Shown: piece by piece, positions 1 through 7,831 of the stretch
How positions within the stretch are numbered: position 1 is the stretch's first letter
Layout: every line of letters starts with the position of its first letter
From: Patescibacteria group bacterium
GTDB lineage: Bacteria > Patescibacteriota > Patescibacteriia > 2-01-FULL-39-33
DNA length: 32,000 nucleotides
Reading direction: 5' to 3'
Assembly (NCBI GenBank): GCA_041662745.1
Contig: JBAZRV010000007.1
Span: 9,180 to 41,179 of the forward strand
Made by a program: the position numbers and the translations under genes
Notes under the pieces: generated by a model
Seen by the model: only the letters and a program-made list of their open reading frames with translations
Database searches by the model: none
What the model was told of the DNA's origin: nothing

Positions 1-406
1 GTTTTTCAATATCGCCGGCCATGGACTGGATCAGGGAAGCGGAATCCAAATTAGGATCGCTCAACTCCAGAATATTGACATTGATATTTTTCAATCCCTT
101 CTTGCGGCTGAAGTCGTCTTTAAGGAATTTATCCTTGATCTCTTTCTTCAAATCTTCGGCGCCGGAACCGCCGCGACCGATAATCAGACCAGGACGGGAG
201 GCGTGGATATTCAAAACAATGGCATTGGGCGAGCGTTCTATTTCAACCTTAGAAATTCCTAAGTTGCGGAATTTTTTCATCACAAACCTGCGGATGCGCA
301 CATCCTGCTTCAAATACTCGGAAAAATCACTCTCCGTAAACCAACGCGATTCCCAAGTTTTATTGATTTTTAGCCGTAAACCTTTGGCATTAACTTTTTG
401 ACCCAT
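1..406 (-). CDS. rpsC: 30S ribosomal protein S3 (partial, C-terminus beyond window edge)
   Basis: Minus-strand translation from ATG at 406: [23 protein letters not shown]... with IGRGGSG KH-domain motif; follows rplV in S10 operon order. Confidence 0.95.
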   Translation of the reverse strand, partial: [135 protein letters not shown]

Positions 407-466
407 AAATATTAGCTTATGGCTTATAGCATAGAGCTTATAGCCGATAACTTTTTAATTCTTATT

Positions 467-988
467 TTACTTACTGCCTGTTTTTCTATTTAAAATCTTA
501 GAGGCGAAACCTTTATCGCTGGCCTTGGCCTTTTTGATCTCCTTTTGGCCTTCCTGTTTGCCGGCAATGTCTTTAAGCTCATCAAATTCTCCGGTGCCAA
601 CCTTGATTATATCAGAGGTGTCAGTCTTTTTCTCTTTTTTAACCTTGCCGGAAGCGACGATTTCCTCTAAAACCACTTTAATCTTAGATGATTCCTTGCG
701 CAACGGGGTGGCGCGTCCAAAGGCTCGGGGTTGCCAACGTTTCAATACCGGACCGGCATCAACAGTAATTGAGGCGATTTTCAAATTATCCGGCGTCAAA
801 TCATAATTCTCTTTAGCGTTAGCGATGGCGGATTTGAGCAATTTCAATAAATCCTTGGCCGCCGCCTTCTGGCTAAAATTTAATTGCATCAAGGCTTTCT
901 CTGCGGTCAAACCGTTAATCAGATTGGCTACCAACCTCACCTTGCGATAACTTATCCTCAAATTGTTCATTTTAGCGATAACTTGCAT
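467..988 (-). CDS. rplV: 50S ribosomal protein L22 with charged C-terminal extension
   Basis: MQVIAKMNNLRISYRKVRLVANLINGL...ITVDAGPVLKRWQPRAFGRA; between rpsS and rpsC. Confidence 0.96.
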   Translation of the reverse strand: MQVIAKMNNLRISYRKVRLVANLINGLTAEKALMQLNFSQKAAAKDLLKLLKSAIANAKENYDLTPDNLKIASITVDAGPVLKRWQPRAFGRATPLRKESSKIKVVLEEIVASGKVKKEKKTDTSDIIKVGTGEFDELKDIAGKQEGQKEIKKAKASDKGFASKILNRKTGSK

Positions 989-993
989 ATAAT

Positions 994-1284
994 TTAAACT
1001 TTGGCTCCCTGTTCAATGGCTTTTTGGATTTTACCGCCATGACGGAAAAACTTCTTAGTCGGAGAAAATTCTCCCAGTTTGTGGCCGACCATATTTTCTA
1101 CCACAAACACCGGCAAATGTTCTTTGCCATTATGCACGCCAAAAGTCAAACCAACCATTTCCGGAGTAATCGTGCTGCTTCTAGCCCAGGTTTTAATTAC
1201 AACCTTAGCGCCTTTAGGGGTGCTCTGGACTTTCTTTAACAGTTTGGGATCGACGTAAGGACCTTTTTTAAGGCTTCTAGACAT
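994..1284 (-). CDS. rpsS: 30S ribosomal protein S19
   Basis: [19 protein letters not shown]...[25 protein letters not shown]. Confidence 0.97.
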   Translation of the reverse strand: MSRSLKKGPYVDPKLLKKVQSTPKGAKVVIKTWARSSTITPEMVGLTFGVHNGKEHLPVFVVENMVGHKLGEFSPTKKFFRHGGKIQKAIEQGAKV

Positions 1285-1347
1285 ATGTGTTAATAATCAA
1301 TAATCAAGACACAATAATCAATTTTCATTTCTTGATTTATTCTTTAA

Positions 1348-1410
1348 TTATTGTATTTTATTTATTGTATCTTATTTAATCTTTTGGTTATTGTATCTTG
1401 GTTATTGTAT
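1348..1410. repeat. Short degenerate tandem repeat in rpsS-rplB spacer (TTATTGTAT at 1348, 1362, 1388, 1402)
   Basis: TTATTGTAT seen four times; 14-nt spacing within each pair and a 26-nt gap in the middle. Confidence 0.6.
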
Positions 1411-1418
1411 CTTATTCT

Positions 1419-2267
1419 TTATTTTTTCTTCTTTCTGGACGGACGGCGATTCAAAATTAATTTACCGGACGCCTTATTTTTCTTTCTGGTTTTAACACCC
1501 AAAGCCGGCTTGCCCCAAGGGGTCTTAGGATGCTTTAATCCGATCGGATTAACGCCTTCACCGCCGCCATGAGGATGATCAACTGGGTTCATAACCTTGC
1601 CCCTAACTGTCGGCTTGATGCCCCGATGACGCATTCGCCCAGCCTTGCCCCAGCGAATATTTTTGAAATCAGGATTAGACACCGTGCCAATAACCGCTAA
1701 AGCCGTTTCCGGCACCAAACGGACTTCTCCGGAAGGCATCTTAAGTTGGGCAAAACCGCGATCAAACCCCATCAAATTAACACCGGTACCGGCACCGCGG
1801 GCCAACTGACCGCCGCGGCCAGGCAAAATTTCTACGTTATAAACAACGACACCGGCGGGAATATGCTTAAGAGGCATGGCATTGCCCGATTTATATTCAA
1901 TCTTGTTTTGCGAACTCAAAACACTTTCACCAACTTGCAAATTCTGAGGCGCCACAATATAACGTTTCTCGCCATCAGCGTAAGCCAATAAAGCAATGCG
2001 GGCGTTTCGTCCCGGATCGTATTCAATCGTTTTAACGATAGCGGGCACATCAAACTTATCGCGACGATAATCAATGACGCGGATCTTCTTGTTGGCCCCG
2101 CCGCCCTGATGGCGTACGGTGATTTTTCCCTGAGAATTACGGCCGGCCATGCGTTTAGCTGAAATCAATAAAGACTTTTCCGGCTTAGTGGCGGTAATGT
2201 CTTGGCGGGTCAAAATAGAAGTTTGCCGACGCCCGGGAGTTGTTGGTTTGTAAATCTTGATGGACAT
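1419..2267 (-). CDS. rplB: 50S ribosomal protein L2
   Basis: MSIKIYKPTTPGRRQTS...GRNSQGKITVRHQGGGANKKIRVIDYRR...VMNPVDHPHGGGEG. Confidence 0.98.
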   Translation of the reverse strand: MSIKIYKPTTPGRRQTSILTRQDITATKPEKSLLISAKRMAGRNSQGKITVRHQGGGANKKIRVIDYRRDKFDVPAIVKTIEYDPGRNARIALLAYADGEKRYIVAPQNLQVGESVLSSQNKIEYKSGNAMPLKHIPAGVVVYNVEILPGRGGQLARGAGTGVNLMGFDRGFAQLKMPSGEVRLVPETALAVIGTVSNPDFKNIRWGKAGRMRHRGIKPTVRGKVMNPVDHPHGGGEGVNPIGLKHPKTPWGKPALGVKTRKKNKASGKLILNRRPSRKKKK

Positions 2268-2272
2268 ATCTG

Positions 2273-2710
2273 TTATTTAATACCTTCGTAAACATTAATC
2301 GACTTGCCTTTGGGTAGGGTGATGATGGCTTTTTTCCAATTTTTACGTTTGCCAAACCGTTGGCCGAAACGGACAAACTTGCCGCGCACGTTTGAAACAT
2401 TGACACTCAGCGGCTTCAAACCGTAACGGCTTTCTACCGCCTTCTTAATTTCATTCTTAGTCGTCTTGGCATCAACCGCAAAAACATATTGATTGCTGGC
2501 TTCTCCGGAAGCGGTCTTTTCTGTCAATAAGGGAGCAATCAAAACACCGTAAACCGAGGCCTTGGCACTGTTTTTTTCAGTGCCGGTCTTAGCGATCTTT
2601 ACCGTTTTGCCGGTCTTAGCGGTCCTGGCCTCGTCTTTGGCCTCAACAACTTTTTCTACAGCGACCTTCGGCTCTTCTTCTTTGGTTGTTTTTTTATTAA
2701 ATAAACCCAT
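2273..2710 (-). CDS. rplW: 50S ribosomal protein L23 with N-terminal extension (start placed at MGLFNKK, inside the longer ORF)
   Basis: YGVLIAPLLTEKTASGEASNQYVFAVDAKTTKNEIKKAVESRYGL; ORF track extends upstream into rplD, but the ATG at 2710 gives tight spacing with rplD. Confidence 0.92.
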   Translation of the reverse strand: MGLFNKKTTKEEEPKVAVEKVVEAKDEARTAKTGKTVKIAKTGTEKNSAKASVYGVLIAPLLTEKTASGEASNQYVFAVDAKTTKNEIKKAVESRYGLKPLSVNVSNVRGKFVRFGQRFGKRKNWKKAIITLPKGKSINVYEGIK

Positions 2711-2714
2711 ATAC

Positions 2715-3443
2715 TTACTTGGTCTTAGCCTTGGCAGTCTTAGTCTTTTTGACCTTAGCGACCGCGACTGCGGACTTTTCTTTAGTTTTTTCTTTAACTT
2801 GTTTATAGACTTTATCAATTTCTTCCACCGACTTAATGCCAACCAATAAAGCGTCGGCCTTAAGCAAATCAACGCAATTCAGGCTCTTAGCGGAGATCGT
2901 CGCCACACCTTTAAGGTTTTTAGCGGCGCGAATCAGCTTATCATCTCCTTCGCTCATCACCAACAAGAACTTCTTACTCTCTTTCAATCCGGCAATCGCT
3001 TTCTTGATATTCTTAAACCAAACATTCAAATCTTTGGTTTTGCCGGCGGGATTTTCCAATTTATCAAAAATAAACAGATCTTTATTGGCGGCCTTATCGG
3101 ATAAGCACATGGCCAGAGCGGCTTGTTTCATTTTTTTGTTCACTTTTTGAGTGAAGTTGCGATCATTCCTCGGACCGAAAGTTACGCCGCCGCCAACCCA
3201 AATCGGGGAACGGGTGGAACCGTGACGAGCACGGCCAGTGCCTTTTTGGCGCCAGGGTTTTTTACCGCCTCCACGCACCTCGGCCCGGGTCTTGGTATGA
3301 GCCAGCACTTCGCGGGAATTAGCTTCTTGAGCGATTACCACCTGATGGACTACGGCCGGATTGACTTCACGGCCAAACAACCGAGCGGGCAGCTCGACAT
3401 CTTTTATTTGTTCGCCTTGATAATTGTATACGGGAAATTTCAT
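2715..3443 (-). CDS. rplD: 50S ribosomal protein L4 (start probably MKFPVYN at 3443; ORF open to 3473)
   Basis: RAEVRGGGKKPWRQKGTGRARHGSTRSPIWVGGGVTFGP. Confidence 0.96.
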   Translation of the reverse strand: MKFPVYNYQGEQIKDVELPARLFGREVNPAVVHQVVIAQEANSREVLAHTKTRAEVRGGGKKPWRQKGTGRARHGSTRSPIWVGGGVTFGPRNDRNFTQKVNKKMKQAALAMCLSDKAANKDLFIFDKLENPAGKTKDLNVWFKNIKKAIAGLKESKKFLLVMSEGDDKLIRAAKNLKGVATISAKSLNCVDLLKADALLVGIKSVEEIDKVYKQVKEKTKEKSAVAVAKVKKTKTAKAKTK

Positions 3444-3481
3444 ACTTATATATGGCTTATGGCTTACGGCCAATAGCTTAT

Positions 3482-4318
3482 TTATTCTTTTACTTCTTCA
3501 ATTTTATTTTCTTCAATCGGCTTCAACTCAGCGACAGCCTCTTCCTTAGATTCAGCAACGACTTCTTCCCGAGGTTCCGCCTTAATCTCAGTATCCGCCT
3601 TAATCTCAGTAATTGAATCTTCGGCGCTTTTTTCTACCGGAACTTCTTTAGTAATTTCTTCGGGAATTTCTTTCACCGATTCTGGTTGTTTGATTATCAT
3701 CTCGCCCGGACCGTAAATCATGATTAAACCATGGCGAGCTCCGGGAACGGCGCCCTTAACATAAAGAATGTTTTTTTCCGGCTCAACGGCAATAATCTGA
3801 AGTCCGGACACGGTAACCTGTTCATCGCCCATATGTCCAGCCATTCTCTTGCCCTTAAACACACGTTGCACTCCGCCGGCACCGATAGAACCGGGCATTC
3901 TTTCTTGATCCTTATGGCCATGGGAAGAATTCTGGCCATGAAAACCATGGCGTTTAACCACGCCTTGGAAACCCTTGCCCTTAGATTGGCCGGTCACGGT
4001 AACCGCATCGCCCTCGGCAAAAACTTCAACAGTAATAACATCGCCGCGTTTAACACCGGCAACCTCCTTATCGGTCAAACGGAATTCGCGGACGGTTTTA
4101 ACCGGCGGCAAGTCTTTCAAATGACCGATTCTGGATTTACCCGGCTTTTTATCAACGCCAAAACCGACTTGGACGGCATTATAACCATCCTTACTATCGG
4201 CTGACTTGACCTGAGTAACGACATTGGGCAAAGCCAAAACCGCCGTTACCGGGACAACCATACCGTCTTCCTTGTAGAGTTGGGTCATTTCTACTTTTTT
4301 TCCTAAAATGAATTTCAT
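3482..4318 (-). CDS. rplC: 50S ribosomal protein L3 with acidic C-terminal extension
   Basis: MKFILGKKVEMTQLYKEDG...GKGFQGVVKRHGFHGQNSSHGHKDQERMPGSIG...MAGHMG; about 70-aa Glu/Lys-rich tail after the conserved domain. Confidence 0.96.
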   Translation of the reverse strand: MKFILGKKVEMTQLYKEDGMVVPVTAVLALPNVVTQVKSADSKDGYNAVQVGFGVDKKPGKSRIGHLKDLPPVKTVREFRLTDKEVAGVKRGDVITVEVFAEGDAVTVTGQSKGKGFQGVVKRHGFHGQNSSHGHKDQERMPGSIGAGGVQRVFKGKRMAGHMGDEQVTVSGLQIIAVEPEKNILYVKGAVPGARHGLIMIYGPGEMIIKQPESVKEIPEEITKEVPVEKSAEDSITEIKADTEIKAEPREEVVAESKEEAVAELKPIEENKIEEVKE

Positions 4319-4347
4319 AATCTTTAAATCACATTTGCTATTTAAAC

Positions 4348-4373
4348 AAAAAGTCCGGTTTTACCCGAACCTT
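4348..4373 (-). terminator. Terminator-like hairpin (possible attenuator) upstream of rplC
   Basis: Minus strand AAGGTTCGG-GTAAAA-CCGGACTT followed by TTT, about 30 nt upstream of the rplC ATG. Confidence 0.45.
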
Positions 4374-4580
4374 AACTTTAACACGCAGCGCCCAATTCGT
4401 CCTTAAAAGGCAAAATCGGTTACAGTCGTCATTAAGTTGTGGTTTTAGGTAAAAACTCCTTTTTGCGGACTGCTCCCTACTCATGAAGGTTTTCCCCGCA
4501 GGTTGCTGCTTTAAACTGGGGATCTTTCTTCATTTTCTTTAGCGGCCGCTTGGGCCTAACTTCGCTTATGGCGAAGAGAC

Positions 4581-4913
4581 TTACATTTTAATTTCAATAT
4601 TCACGCCGGCTGGCAGATTCAATCCCATCAGAGCATCAACAACCTGGGCGGTCGGATCAATAATGTCAATCAAACGCTTATGCGTACGCATTTCAAACTG
4701 ATCACGCGCGTTCTTGTGCACGAAAGTGGAACGGTTAACGGTATACTTGCGTTTTTCTGTGGGCAAGGGTACCGGACCGACAACTTTTACGCCAAAACGA
4801 TGGCAACTCTCAATGATTTTTTTAGCGGAGTTATCAATAATTTTGTGATCGTACGCTTTAAGTTTGATCCTGATTCTTTGGTGGGCTTTGCCCTCGGCTA
4901 CTTTAGTGGTCAT
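4581..4913 (-). CDS. rpsJ: 30S ribosomal protein S10
   Basis: [23 protein letters not shown]...[39 protein letters not shown]. Confidence 0.98.
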   Translation of the reverse strand: MTTKVAEGKAHQRIRIKLKAYDHKIIDNSAKKIIESCHRFGVKVVGPVPLPTEKRKYTVNRSTFVHKNARDQFEMRTHKRLIDIIDPTAQVVDALMGLNLPAGVNIEIKM

Positions 4914-5040
4914 AGTTATGCTGGTCTTACCGTCCGGGTGGGTTAATTAATTTATAACGGACGCAATGACTAAGGTGAAATTTAATTTCACTGGCTCGGA
5001 GACGAACGAGACTGCTCATCTCCGAAGAGTAAAATAAAAT

Positions 5041-6225
5041 TTATTTGACAATCTTGGTTACAACACCGGCGCCGACAGTATGGCCGCCTTCACGAATGGC
5101 GAATTTCATCTTTTCTTCCATGGCCACGGTCTTGCCCAATTTGACGATGACGTTAACGGTGTCGCCAGGCATAACCATTTCTGTTCCGGCCGGCAAAGTT
5201 ATTTCACCGGTTACATCAGTTGTTCTGACGTAGAACTGCGGTTTATAGCCATTGAAAAACGGCTTGTGGCGTCCGCCTTCTTCCTTGGACAGGATGTAGA
5301 CTTCGGCTTCAAACTCGGAATGCGGAGTGATGGAACCTGGTTTGGCCAAAACTTGACCGCGTTCAACTTCTTCTTTCTTAGTGCCGCGCAAGAGGACACC
5401 GGCATTATCACCGGCTCTGCCCTCATCCAGGGATTTATTAAACATTTCGATGCCGGTAACGACGGTTTTCTTAGTATCGGCCAAACCGACAATTTCTACT
5501 TCTTCGTTAATTTTGATTATACCGCGTTCAATTCTGCCGGTAACGACGGTGCCGCGGCCTTCAATAGAGAAAACATCCTCAATCGGCATTAGGAAAGGCT
5601 GATCGGTGGCGCGTTGCGGCTCGGGGATGTAAGTGTCTAAAGCATTCATTAATTCCATGATGCAATCGGCATCGGGACCGCTCGGATTCTCCAAAGCCTT
5701 CAAAGCAGAACCCTTGATAATCGGAGTGGTGTCGCCGGGATAGTTATATTTGGTCAATAACTCACGGATTTCTCCTTCAACCAAATCAATCATTTCCGGA
5801 TCGGCCTGATCAACTTTGTTAATGAAAACGACGATATGAGGTACGCCGACTTGGTAAGCCAAAAGAATATGCTCTCTGGTCTGAGGCATGGGGCCGTCGG
5901 TAGCAGCCACGACCAAAATAGCTCCATCCATCTGGGCGGCGCCAGTAATCATGTTCTTGATGTAATCAGCATGGCCTGGGCAATCCACGTGAGCGTAGTG
6001 GCGCTTTTCTGTTTCGTATTCTACGTGAGCGGTAGCAATAGTGATACCGCGAGCCTTCTCTTCGGGGGCGGCATCAATCTGATCGACTGATTTATGCTGG
6101 GCCGTAAAGCCGCGAGCAGCCAGGGTGGCCAAAATAGCCGCGGTCAAGGTAGTCTTGCCGTGGTCGACGTGACCAATGGTACCCACATTAACGTGGGGCT
6201 TGCTTCTGTTAAATGCTTCTGCCAT
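5041..6225 (-). CDS. tuf: Translation elongation factor Tu (start at [10 protein letters not shown]; ORF open to 6258)
   Basis: [21 protein letters not shown]...[39 protein letters not shown]. Confidence 0.99.
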   Translation of the reverse strand: MAEAFNRSKPHVNVGTIGHVDHGKTTLTAAILATLAARGFTAQHKSVDQIDAAPEEKARGITIATAHVEYETEKRHYAHVDCPGHADYIKNMITGAAQMDGAILVVAATDGPMPQTREHILLAYQVGVPHIVVFINKVDQADPEMIDLVEGEIRELLTKYNYPGDTTPIIKGSALKALENPSGPDADCIMELMNALDTYIPEPQRATDQPFLMPIEDVFSIEGRGTVVTGRIERGIIKINEEVEIVGLADTKKTVVTGIEMFNKSLDEGRAGDNAGVLLRGTKKEEVERGQVLAKPGSITPHSEFEAEVYILSKEEGGRHKPFFNGYKPQFYVRTTDVTGEITLPAGTEMVMPGDTVNVIVKLGKTVAMEEKMKFAIREGGHTVGAGVVTKIVK

Positions 6226-6397
6226 GTTATTTATCCTTTTTGAGTTCCTCGCCCTCAAATCCGGGGAGTTTTAGCCAGAACTCAATATTATTTAGTATTA
6301 TTTATAATTTTTATTAGCTTGACTATTATATCACAAAAACAAAAAAAATCAAGAAGGAGCGGGATTATATTTTTTCCACAGTTACCGCACAGCCGAT

Positions 6398-6754
6398 TTA
6401 ACCGTTTACCGGCTCAAAGTAGTACCGATCTTCATCTTGTATGTCTCGATCATTTTGGCTAAATTCAGATAAAATCTCTTCATCAGGGACAACTCCGATA
6501 TCTCTGGCAAAATTATACTGATCCACTGACAATTCCCTTAGCTCTTGATTATCCTTCCAAATAGCGATATCACGATTTATTTTATCTAAAAGTTCATCTT
6601 CTGTCAAGCCCGAGACGCCAGATTTGCCTAAAATTAAATCTTCATAATCAGCGACAGTCATAATAACATAGCCCGGTTCGCCGTGCTCATCCAAAACAAT
6701 GGCCTTATCACCTGTTTTTTTGAGTAAATTTACTAATTTAGTAAGATTGGGCAT
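6398..6754 (-). CDS. Phd/YefM antitoxin-like domain protein, no toxin partner adjacent
   Basis: N-terminus MPNLTKLVNLLKKTGDKAIVLDEHGEPGYVIMTVADYEDLILG resembles the Phd/YefM fold; acidic C-terminus. Confidence 0.5.
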   Translation of the reverse strand: MPNLTKLVNLLKKTGDKAIVLDEHGEPGYVIMTVADYEDLILGKSGVSGLTEDELLDKINRDIAIWKDNQELRELSVDQYNFARDIGVVPDEEILSEFSQNDRDIQDEDRYYFEPVNG

Positions 6755-6910
6755 ATTAATTGCTGAGTTGATAAATTAGCGGCCAAATACTGATTAACCG
6801 CTTTAACTGGCAATAATTAGCGTTGATTTAATAATATTATAGCAAAAACAGGACTTTGTAAAGTGGTAATGATTGAGCTGGCGGGTGTGGATAACTATTT
6901 ATTAAAAACA

Positions 6911-6939
6911 TTGACAAAATCATAAGTATTTGATATAAT
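6911..6939 (+). promoter_or_regulatory. Perfect sigma70-type promoter TTGACA-17-TATAAT
   Basis: ttgaca(6911-6916), 17-nt spacer, tataat(6934-6939); upstream of ORF 7058-7762. Confidence 0.85.
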
Positions 6940-7057
6940 ACGATGTTAATCGTCCCTGTCGGGCGGTTGGCTGAGGCCGAAACCAAAATCGTTTATGTGG
7001 ACGATGGCGGTTCTATCTGTTCCTTATTAAAGTCCCAAGGACAAGGAGTACCGGAGA

Positions 7058-7762
7058 ATGAAAGAGTATGGACCACGCCGTGTCTTACATGTTAGATTCA
7101 TAAACGATGGCGAAGGAGATATAAAGGATTTCAACAACAATGGCTCCGTCCTACGCATCGCGGATGAAACCTTCCTGACGGCCATGAAAACCCTGGGCGA
7201 AAAACTTGGCCGAGCCGATCTGGACGCCCTGAGATGTGATGATGGTAGCGTATTGCTAACCGACCCGCCGTGTTTTGGCGGAACAATAAAAGTGGCGGAA
7301 AGATGCCTAACCGAAGCCGACATTTTTTTCCAGAAAATACCGCGCATTCCCAAGGCGGAAGAACTGTCGGAGTATATTGATAACATCAACGGTTGTCGGC
7401 ATTTGTTCAAGCCGCTGCCGTTCGGGTACGGCTATCGGTACGACTACGCCTGTCTGGAAATCGGCGTACAACTGGGAACCGTCGAAACTATGGGGGCGCT
7501 AGCTACCATATACCGGGTCAGACGCTACCGCCAAGAGTTTGTTGGCGATAAAAATCAAATCGTTGCGGGGGAAATAAAATACGGTCACCGCAACGCTCCG
7601 CGTGATTTGATTGATGTCTTCGGTTGTTGCCTCCTACTTTGTCAGGGCAACATAAAAAAAGCCCAACAAATGAGTGGGAGTTCTTACGTTAAGTGGGGAA
7701 TTCATGACCTCACAAAAAAGGCTTTTAACATGATGCGCGAGGAGGCTGCCAAGACCGCCTAA
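7058..7762 (+). CDS. Hypothetical protein (234 aa), no family recognised
   Basis: Open frame on the strand opposite its neighbours, AAGGAG about 10 nt upstream, own promoter and terminator. Confidence 0.75.
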   Translation: MKEYGPRRVLHVRFINDGEGDIKDFNNNGSVLRIADETFLTAMKTLGEKLGRADLDALRCDDGSVLLTDPPCFGGTIKVAERCLTEADIFFQKIPRIPKAEELSEYIDNINGCRHLFKPLPFGYGYRYDYACLEIGVQLGTVETMGALATIYRVRRYRQEFVGDKNQIVAGEIKYGHRNAPRDLIDVFGCCLLLCQGNIKKAQQMSGSSYVKWGIHDLTKKAFNMMREEAAKTA

Positions 7763-7778
7763 TCGCCAAGTACAAAAT

Positions 7779-7816
7779 CCCCGCACTGCTGACGCAGGGC
7801 GGGGGTTCTTTTTTAT
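7779..7816 (+). terminator. Rho-independent terminator
   Basis: CCCCGC-A-CTGC-TGAC-GCAG-G-GCGGGG followed by GTTCTTTTTT. Confidence 0.88.
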
Positions 7817-7831
7817 TTGAAAAATGATAAG

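Noticed and set aside
2711-2872. Extended N-terminus of the L23 ORF
   Set aside because: It overlaps the end of rplD in another frame; MGLFNKK at 2710 is the sensible start.
4975-4991. GTGAAATT-T-AATTTCAC palindrome in the tuf-rpsJ spacer
   Set aside because: AT-rich with 8-bp arms; too likely by chance in this composition and with no supporting context.
6943-7089. Short ORF MLIVPVGRLAEAETK... as leader peptide of the 7058 gene
   Set aside because: Its ATG lies only a few nt after the -10 box, probably upstream of the transcription start, and no RBS is present.
7027-7410. 127-aa minus-strand ORF
   Set aside because: Antisense to the 7058-7762 ORF, which has the promoter, RBS and terminator.
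6398-7762. Toxin-antitoxin pair made of the Phd-like protein and the 7058 ORF
   Set aside because: The genes are divergently arranged, the 234-aa protein has no recognisable toxin features, and it has an independent transcription unit.
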